From the human T2T-CHM13v2.0 reference genome, Homo sapiens: DNA of 64,000 bases. The DNA lies in NCBI RefSeq assembly GCF_009914755.1, contig NC_060928.1; one strand, 5' to 3'. The position numbers and the translations under genes are program-made. This document shows positions 52,231 through 64,000 of this stretch, in pieces; positions within the stretch are counted from its first letter, which is position 1, and the number at the start of each line of letters is the position of its first letter. The notes under the pieces are model-generated. The model saw only the letters and a list, made by a program, of their open reading frames with translations, made no database searches and had not been told where the DNA came from.

Positions 52231-54769
52231 GAAGAAAAAAGTGACAGAAAAGTATAAAATGTCATGATTTCTTCCAACATAAATCCAGAAATTTTAAACT
52301 GGAAAAAAAGTGATTTGGAATTACAACTTGACATTTATGTTCTCTCATTAGTTTTTTATTCATGTAAAATATAAGCCACTAATTAATTAATTTTCTGTTT
52401 TCAGCTTCCTCCTTAAAAGCAAAAAAAATAAACTTTCAATATGTTACTGGTATATATTAAAATTCTGAAAAATAAACTATTTAAACTTAAAAATCATTGT
52501 ATCAGTTCTAAATTATTGATTATTGAAGGGTAATAAGAGTACAGATAAGAATTGCAAGTTTATCTCTGAATTACTTTAAAGGAGAGAAATTTACTTTCTG
52601 GTTCATGGTTAATTAAAATTTTAAAAGAGAGAAAATAAAATAATTGACCATTAAAAATGGCACTAAAGTAAATTTAAGGCAGGTTAAAGATAAAAACACA
52701 ATATCTGCAAACTATAGAAAGAAAGGTTGGCAAATGAAATACGTGTGTGGTACTATGGAGGAACCAATTGACGTAACTGAAATTGCTATTTCTCATGTTT
52801 CTAAGCATCAAATAGGAGTTGACCTTGTGCTCTCAATAGTCTTTGTCCCTGTCTTCCATTCGAGTTAATGAAGATCTGTATAAATTTGCCAACATGAGCT
52901 GGAGCTTAAAGCCCTGGTGTAATTAGTTGATGTATTAATTTGCCAGCTAGACGTGAATTGAACATTACTATGGTGGATTACCATGCCAAACCCTTACAGT
53001 AAAAGCCCTAAAGGAAGTAAAGAATATAGGTCATTTCCAGTTTCAAACTACTGACTGAAAATTTAACACAGAAAACAAATCATTTTCTAAGAGGAGAGTA
53101 AAGCTTCTTTACCAGCAGAGGATTCAGCATCTAACCGCATAAACAAATATGCTTAAAGAATTACAAGTCAGCATCTTCATTACTATCATAGAAACAAAAG
53201 AAAAAAAATGCCAATATTAAAACTATATCACAACAATTTAATTCAAACATCCAATGTGTTACTGATGTATTATTAAAATTCTGTTTAGCTAAATATTAAG
53301 TCTATGAAAAGGGAATACGTGAACTGCATTTACGTTTCATCTTCATGTTTGTATCTTCTTATAATGAAAGTATTATTCTATGTAGATCAGAAATAATAAG
53401 TATGTCCATTAACATTATAAACCATAATTTACTTAGATACATGCGAGTCATCCATAAACCCACTGTAAGTTTGAAACATGAATTAAAAACCATAAACACA
53501 ACTTGGAAAGTACCTTTAGCAGTGAACTTCATAGAAAAAGGGATGAGAAATGTCTCAATCTATTCCTTTGTGTCTTTCTAATTTGCCACTATATCTTCAG
53601 TACCCACTTTAATTTTATTCATGCCTGTATTATCACATAGGCATGAATAGAATAGTGCTTCAGACACAGTAGGCACTCACTACATATTTTGGAAAGAATA
53701 TTTAAGTGAAAGAGGTTAGAGTTCCAGCACTGTTTATAAGAAGCTAATACAATGATACAATTGTGTATTAAACACAGACAGGTGATCCTGTAAATGTGTT
53801 GTCTAAACTCATTGCCAGAAATAATTAAATGTTCTATTTCAGGCTATCTAATTAATACACACACCTGGGAAACATACAGTCAAAACTTGTCATACTGGAC
53901 TGACAAAACTCAACAGGAAAACATTCTTTCCACCTCACCCCAATCCATCAAGCCAAAGACAAAGAACAAAGTAACTAGAAAAAAATAAGCAACTGAACAT
54001 TTTTCTAGTCAAAGTTTACTAATAGTGTGAAAATCTATTAATAAAGACATGTAAGATATCCATAATAATCAGCTTCAACAAGCCTGTTGATTTTTTCAAT
54101 TTGGATTAAATTGTTTCCCATGGAGACTATCGCCTGGGGACCCTATTTGAGTTCATAATTCTCACAGGATTCTTACCCTCTTATTTAAGAATAAACAAAT
54201 TTTGCTTGTAAATAGTCATTTAATTTACAGAGGATTGTGATATCTAGGAAAAGTTGTAGCACTTAAGTAATCCAGCACCATGTTAGATAAATGCTGTTCT
54301 AACCCGCAATTTGCCAAAAGGTGAGATTCCACCAAATCATGATTTTGTTCATTCCCTATATCTAAATTTGTTATGGTTTCATTTTTCTCAATTTCTGCAT
54401 CTATAAGCTGTATCTGCCTAGTGCTAACTTAGGTACAAGGCTCAATCTTGGCTAGATTTATAGAAATAATCCCCTAACACCAAAATTTTCAGAAATTTCA
54501 TGTCCTACTAATGACTTGAGGAAATATGGCAGGATGTGAGACAGGCAATTGTATAGTTTTTCATTATTATATTGATTCTGTATCCCTTTCTCTTTTCCTC
54601 CGTTTTCCTACTATCATTACTTGTAGCAAATAAGTTCTCGGCTTTATAAGTAAATTTTACTGAAGTCAAAGGCAATAGTCATTTTTGTAGCTATTTTTCT
54701 CATACCAAGAAATAGGAGTAAAATAACTCTATGTCATAGTTATTCTCAATTTACCATCTCTTCACTCCA

Positions 54770-56380
54770 AATTTTTTCCAGATATTTCTTTTGCTCATTT
54801 CTCTCTGTCTTCTTCTGGTATTCCCATTACACATATGTTACATCTTTTACAGTTGTCCCAAAGGTCTTGGATATTCTGTTCCTTTTCATCAGTCCTTTTC
54901 TCTGTTTTTCAGTTTTGGAAGTTTCTATTGACATATCCTCAAGTTCAGAGATTCTTTCCTCAGCCATAGTCAGTCTAAGAAATTAGCCATTTCTGTTAGT
55001 ATTTTGATCTCTATCATTTCCTTTTTATTCATTCTTAGAATTTCTATCCCTCTGCTTATTGTATCCGTCTGTTCTCACATATTGTCTCCTTTTTTTCTTT
55101 AGAATATTTTTCATATCAGTCATAGCTGTTTTAAATTCCTGGTCTGATATTTCTAATACTCCTTCCATATCTGAGCATAGTTCTGAGACTTGCTCTGTCC
55201 CTTCACAATGTACATCTTTCATTTTAGTGTCCTTTGTAATTTATTATTGAAAACTAGACAAGATGTATGGCAGTGGTCCCCAACCGTTTTGGCACCAGGG
55301 ACTGGTTTCACGAAAGACAGTTTTTCCAGGGATGTGATCATCAGGCAGCATTAGATTATCATAAGGAGCACACAACCTACATCTCTCACATGTGCTTGTC
55401 GCAATAGGGTTCGCACTCCTGTAAGAATCTAATGTCACGACTTATCTGACAGGAGGTGGAGCTCAGGTGGTACTGCTTGCTCGCCCGTCGCTCAACTCCT
55501 TGCTGTGCCTCCTGGTATCTAACAGGTCACAGACAACTAGTGGGCTGTGGCCCGGGAGTTGGGGGCCACAGATGTATGGGGTAAAAGGAATTGCAGCAAA
55601 TAGACTTTTAGTAACGCAGTGGTAAGATGTTGGGGGGAGGGCAAGCATCGTATAATATTATGACTAGGACTCAGTCTTAACGAGCCTGTGCCCCTGGACT
55701 GTTCACTTCACGTGTTTGTTTTATCATCCCTCCTTCCTCCATGGGACAGCATGGCTAGAGGGGGCTAGAGTTGGGGATATTTCCTCTCCTATGTGAAGGC
55801 TAGAGAAGGTGAGAGTTGAGTGTTTTCCTTCTCTCAGTTCAGTTAGGTTCTGGTAAAATCGTTTCTTTTGAGGGCAAGCCTTGTTAAGAACAGAACATTC
55901 TCACATATCTCAAATGACTACTTCCACTCCCAAACACCCCGCATCCCGACACTTAGAAACCGGAGAGGATTTTTCTCTGATCTTCACTGTGATAACCTGG
56001 TCAAGCAAACTAGAATTCACAAAAATGTAGGCATGTCTCCCTGATACTGGGCTCCTCTGCAGTTTCTAACTCTCAGATTTTCCTGTATTAAGCCTTCAAC
56101 AATTTGTCAGTTACAGTTTAGGTTTTCTTAGTAAATACCAGCAGTATTTCTCATAGCCGTTTCTGCTTATGGGTTCCTGCTTTGGCAAGTTGTGATTCTC
56201 TATGTCCATCTGTCTGTCTCTCCAGTGTTTCAGGCAACAGTTATTCCTGTGATCTCAATTCCCCGACTGATCAAAGAAAAATTGTTGATTTTCAGTTTTT
56301 TCAGCGTTTTACTTATGGTTAGGATGGGGTGATGAATTCTAAGGTTCTAACATGTTGGACCAGAACCTGGAATTCTCCCA
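54770..56380 (-). mobile_element. L1MC-like 5' region (ORF1 N-terminus and 5'UTR)
   Basis: cttctggtattcccattacacatatgttaca; ORF 55025..55222 (..MEGVLEISDQEFKTAM..) resembles L1M ORF1p N-terminus. Confidence 0.8.
55271..55571 (+). mobile_element. MER1B (hAT-Charlie)
   Basis: cagtggtccccaacc...gttgggggccacag TIRs with perfect 8-bp TSD atgtatgg. Confidence 0.93.
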
Positions 56381-56389
56381 ATCCTTTTT

Positions 56390-56830
56390 CTACTTTTCTC
56401 CCTTTTGCTCTGAATCCTGTGTGGCTGATCTCTGCAGTCTATACCAGCAGCACACTTTGCTGGCTGGTGTCTGCTTCCATTTAGTCATGAGAGTTACAGG
56501 CAGGAGATAGGGGAGGAGACAAGAGACAGGAAGGGCTATTTCTTTCCTAGCTCCTTCTTCCTCCGCTTCATTGCAATGCCTCTGGAAATAACCAAATATT
56601 TCAGGACCACTGTTTCCGCTCAGCAGTCCTCCACAGTACCAGCCCTCTGGGCTCCAGTAACACCCTCTTTTGGTTGTCCCATCCACTGTAGGGGTAGCAG
56701 TAGTTTCTTATTGTTGCAGATCTCTTTGTGTCTCACCATTAATATGTGTTTCCTTCAAGTAATCAGCTCATTTTAACTCTCTTCAATCGAATCACTTGGG
56801 ATACATTCTGCTTCTAGTTGCAACTATGTA
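56390..56830 (+). mobile_element. LTR33-like ERVL LTR
   Basis: caggcaggagataggggaggaga...gggctatttctttcctagctcc; ggggtagcagtagtttc. Confidence 0.6.
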
Positions 56831-57257
56831 AATAGAAACAGGACACACAAAAATAACCCAACCAAGTGTTGGCTGTTTCTTGACTCTTTGCCATCCCATC
56901 TAAGACCTATCAGAGGTATCAGCATGGTATTACTAATAATCTCAAATATTTTAGTAAACAAATTAGGAAAACATTCATGAGTTTAGAGAAATTTAGTCAA
57001 AATATTACACATTGTTTTTATCCAGATTTATGAAATGAAACTTTTGAATATAAAGACTTTTGTTTAGGAATAGAGGATGAGTCAATTAGGATTAGAGCTG
57101 TGTTCAAATAAAGGAAAGTCTATTTTTCTTTCACGCAAAAGCAAAACTGTAGCTCCCCATAGCAATTCCACATGCATATCTGAGGTTACTATTTGCTCTT
57201 CTTTTTAATAAGGAGATGACTGGAGCTGGCTTGGTAGAATGACAAAGATACATGCAT

Positions 57258-58880
<1,623 letters not shown>

Positions 58881-59231
58881 AATATTTAGACACCTATTCT
58901 TTCCCTTTGTTTTAATGTGTGTATGTATTAATCTGTTATCTTGTATTTTTCATGTTAAATAACTGTTTTTAACCTTCTCCCTCAGAAAAATCTACTCAGT
59001 GCTGGCACCAACATAACTATTTTCTACCTTGCTACTCACTCAGTATGATGACTAGTATATTTGGTGAAAAAGTTTAGGGCAACTGGCTTTGAGGAGATTG
59101 GAATAACTTCCTTTGACCATTGTTTCTTCTTCCAATAAGTGCAGCCCGTTGAAGTTATAAAATATGCACAAATCACACTTAAATACAAAGTTTTGTTCTA
59201 ATCTATATCTGATAAATCATTTTTTCTTAAA

Positions 59232-59525
59232 CAGGCAGCCTTCTGTAATCTCATGTTCAACCAACCATGGATTGAAAATATTTAAAAATATAAAAAAACA
59301 ATAAAAATCATATAAATAAAAAATACGATGTAACAACTATTTACATAGTATTTACATATATTAGGTATTATAAGTAGTCTAGAGATGATTTAAGGTACAC
59401 AAGAGGATGTGTGTAGGTTATATGCAAATACTACATCATTTTATGTATGGCACTTGGACATTCACTGATTTTGGTAATCACTAGGGTCCTGGAACCAATC
59501 CCCCACAGATAACAAGGAACAACTG
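59232..59525 (-). mobile_element. MER2 (TcMar-Tigger)
   Basis: taacaactatttacatagtatttac..taggttatatgcaaatact..gtcctggaaccaatccccc..acaactg. Confidence 0.9.
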
Positions 59526-61073
59526 CACTATGTTTTCTAAATAACTCACTTAAAATATTTTAAGAACCTGTAATGATGTAAGAATATGTTCTTTAGTGCA
59601 TTCTCATTACAGAAGATAACAATAAAATTAATTTGCTTCCTTAAGTATAGGGGGTTTATATCAATGAATTTATACTATAAAGCTACAAGCCTGATGGAAT
59701 TCTGACATAATAATATATATTTCATCTAAAGATAGCTGATATTAGCAAGAAAAGATAGACAAGGAAATCATAAGACACCAGAGTATCTTAAAATTAAAAT
59801 GGTACCAACCACTAATGAATTTTTTGGTTAGGAATTAGTTACTAATTAAAAGATCTTGTATGCTGCATCAACAGTGGAAAGGGAAGGCTTAGGAATGCAG
59901 AATTAATCAAAACAGACAGATTTGATCACTTTTGGCAAAAAAAAATAATTAAAGGAAAAGGAAATAAGTATTTCCTAAGCAATGATAGATTCTTATTTTT
60001 GTAACAGATACTTCTAGATAGAGTCCAATGTCATTTGTAAGATCTCCAACAGTGTTAGTCCCCCGAATAATCCATAACCTTAGAGCCTACAATAGAAGTC
60101 AACTACACATCATCTTCTTCCATTTCAGTTTCTACCTGTAACTCAGATACTCAACAGCCAAAAATTTCAGTAGCTTCAGATACCCCTGACCTAAAGGACC
60201 ATTAAGATTGCCAGGGAAAATACAAGATTACCCATTTATTTTGAACTATATTATTTGAAAGTAATATTCTGTAAACTTCAAAGCAGCAGCAAACAATTGA
60301 AAGAGTTCCTAGTGTTAGTATAATTCACTGATAGTTGTTACAGGTTATGGTATGCATTTCTAGGCACTCCACGGCTCTAAGAAAAATGCTGAACATAATT
60401 GATGATAAAAAATTGCATAATCGATAATTAGAAAATCTCAGGTTTTATCTAAGGCATTTAATACAAAGTAGTTCAACTTTGAATATGCTGTATCATGTAG
60501 ATTCCTTTAAAAAAAAGTCAATCCAAACTTTAACTTAAGTAACCATTATAAGGGTACTACCTATATTTTGATGGATGTATATCTGATGAATAGTATTGCA
60601 ACTTTAGCTCTGTAATATCAGGTGAGGTAAACCAGATGAGTTTCACTCCAAGTAAATTTTACCCCCAAATCTAGAGTTCATGATTCTAACATCTAATTGA
60701 AGTCATAATGGCCAACATGCTTCTCTCCCCAAGGAGTACCTTTATGTTGAATTGTGTCTGACAAAAACCATCTGAGCATTATTTTTATTTGAATTATTAG
60801 CATCTTTTGTTTAATGGTTCATTATTTACCTAAAAACATTACTTTAAAAAAGGTAATAGGAGAGGTACTTTTTTAGTACAGAATTAGTTTTCACTAACAT
60901 ATAAGGTCACATTGTACATTACGTGCATCATTCTCACAAGTACATTTCAGTAGTTTAAAGTACATCTTATCCAATAAAATTTATTTTGCAATATTTTATA
61001 TCATGTAAAGTTCTAATAAAATTAAGCTTTAGTCCACATTTCTCAATATAATGTCTAGATGAAAAATGTATGA

Positions 61074-61494
<421 letters not shown>

Positions 61495-61591
61495 CTAAAA
61501 TATACAATTGTCCTAATTATGAATTATTGTAGTTAAGTCAAGATTTTACTTGATTAGAACCATCACTTTGCAATAAATGAGAGATGATAAA

Positions 61592-61654
61592 TTTACAGAT
61601 ACTGAGGGTTAGGACTTCAACATCTATTTGGGCAACACAATTCAACCCATAACA
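61592..61654 (-). mobile_element. MLT1 LTR terminal fragment
   Basis: gggttaggacttcaacat..acacaattcaacccataaca. Confidence 0.75.
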
Positions 61655-61770
61655 TCTCCTTAACATCAACAGGATCTTGGGAATCCTGAAGTCCTATACT
61701 CTGCCTCCAGCTGGAGTTTCATGGTAATGCTCCAAAGTGCGGCCCCCTCTAAAAAGCATTTGCCCTGGAA

Positions 61771-61957
61771 CAGTGGTTCCCACACATAGCGGATCATCAA
61801 AATTGTTGGACAGTATTTACAAAATACACATACCGGTATCCTCTAATCTCAATTAGAGGATCTTAATGATTATGTATGAGGAAGAAAACTGGCAAAATCA
61901 TTTTTTAAAAATTCCCCCAGACTCTTCTAATAGTCAATTTGATATGGGAATCACCTG
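61771..61957. mobile_element. MER5-like (hAT-Charlie) relic
   Basis: cagtggttccca ... tgggaatcacctg termini; catttttt aaaaattccccca motif. Confidence 0.6.
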
Positions 61958-64000
61958 ATTCCAAATTATACTCCTCTGAATATGTAAATATAGTCTACCG
62001 GAGTGGAAGAAAAAATTTCAGAATTTCTATTTCTATTCATTCTACTGTAGATTTTTAAATGTCTGTTTATATGTATTTTTCACAAGGTAATTTATATTAC
62101 AACAGTAATCACATATTACATATATGAAGGAAGGTATATAATTTATAAATTAAGGTATATTTAGGATGCATACATTCAAAGCCTTTTACCAATAGACTGC
62201 AAGCCTAGGCTTTTGGGTCCCATTGTCCTGAAGGGTACTGAGATAGACAATTATCTTGTCTTCTCTACCATGCATGTATTCACAAAAACAAACACAATGA
62301 TGAGGATGGCAGTGATGAGCAAGATCCCCATTGGACTTATAATAAAAACATGTTTATGGGACCTTAAAATACATAACTTTGTACTTATTATGGGGCTTTT
62401 AATTTGTACCAATAAAACATTCTATATACCATCCACATTATATAATGTGGACATTCATTGCTAAACAATGGATGAACTGTATGCATAAATCTGCATATAC
62501 ATAAATCAGTGCTCCTTTGTGTATTTTAAAGTGAGAGAAATACATTAAGATGGGGATTTTTTATTTTAAAAAAGAAGTAGAAATATAAACCCCAAAAATA
62601 AAACAATATATAGCTTGAAGAAGGAAAAAAAAAAAAGAAAGGAGAAGAAAAAAGAAAAGGGGCAAAGGAAGATTCTTTTAAATGCAAGGAACATAAAAAG
62701 ATTTCAGGTATTAAATTAGAATGAAAATACCTTCCCTATAAACAATATAAGTGCTGCCAATTGTGCTGAGAGAGAATGAGGTGGAATTGATTGTGCCAGA
62801 ATTAGATAAAGCACTAGCTAAACAAAGAGCTTCTGGCATCCTGAGGAAGGAGCCAGAATGTACAAAAAAAGATCAGTTCAGTGGCAGTCAGCCATTAGAT
62901 ACCAATGAAGCTAATCCACACCGCTAACTTGTGAACGAAGTAGATTTTCCTCCTTGTCTGTTCTCACAAACAATCATTAATTTTAAGTGCAGCTTAGGCA
63001 GGTGCTCAGAGAGTCCCTACTGTTTTGACATTATGTTGGAGGATTTCCAAGCAGCAAGCTGGTATAGTCCTTGAGTCCCTTCCACTTCGCTGCTTCTGAA
63101 ATTCACTTGCACCTACAGACAGCCAGTCTCCTACCCATAACATTCAGGGGTAGACTAGCTGGCCTGGCATCTAGGGAGGTTCATTTTCAAAAATTTAAAG
63201 CCGAGACGTCTATCAACATATTCAGCAAACGGCAGTAGGAGCATCTAGTCATTGATATAAACTGTCTAGGATAAGTCTGCTAGGGTAATATGATTGCTGA
63301 TCATACTACCTTGATTAATATGATTGTTGATTGTGTTATATGTTGATCATATAACAGTAGCCTGTTAGATCAGCTTCTGTGGAACGAATTTCTGACATCT
63401 TTATGTCCAAGGAGATGTACTATGTAATGTGACTCACTGCCCTTACGACCAATGCAAATGATCTATAAATTTATACTGGACTTAATATACAGAAAGCATT
63501 GAAAAGGAAAATAATTCAACTTTTCCCCGATCTAAACTTTTAGCATTTTAGTTCCCATTCTACATTCTATAGTGCACGAGACTGGATGTCCACTTACTTT
63601 TCTCACCCACTTTGCCTTTTTTAGGGAAGGCAAATAAAAAATAAAAAAGGAAAAGGTTAGAAGCTGTTTCATCTACCTCTTTTCTACCCATCTGAAAGTC
63701 TTGAATAAACAGAAATTATTCCTATGAAGAGCAATAATCCATTTATTAATGCTTATAGTTAAATAAATGCAGATGTCACAAAGGAATTATAAAACCTAGG
63801 TGAAATGTGTTCCCATTGTGCATATTGCACTCACTCACCCCCTAAGGTTTATAGACTAGTACCTGTCTTGGTGACAGATCCTCCATGGCCACTGCAAGCT
63901 TTCTAGGTGGTGAGCAGAGAGTGCAGCCACATGAGGAACCATCTGTAACATAAAGACATCTGCCAACTCTCTCCTCAAGATTTGGTGAGGACCAATGACA

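Noticed and set aside
63285-63355. Degenerate repeat aatatgattg(c/t)tgat
   Set aside because: Only two or three imperfect copies in AT-rich DNA; no further structure.

Overview
AT-rich, CpG-poor primate genomic DNA, almost certainly human: a 5'-truncated AluYb8 with its diagnostic 7-bp duplication lies at 22875-23093. Much of the window is interspersed repeat: 10 Alus, 2 FLAMs, L1 fragments (two with 5' inversions), a HAL1, L2/MIR relics, a complete THE1/MaLR provirus, a solo LTR12 with an expanded CCAAT array, other MaLR/ERVL LTRs, DNA-transposon fossils (MER82, Tigger6, MER1B, MER2, MER5, MADE1) and an old U6 snRNA/L1 chimera. Nearly all ORFs in the supplied track are repeat-derived or chance. 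The main unexplained signal is a chain of minus-strand exon-like segments (8084-8101, 7624-7789, 5346-5427, 2750-2801). They have canonical GT-AG sites and matching phases and join into a stop-free, basic 105-aa ORF with a Kozak ATG and a downstream AATAAA. I do not recognise the protein, so this is a hypothesis. Repeat subfamily names come from recalled consensus motifs, not a database search, and boundaries of old repeats are approximate.
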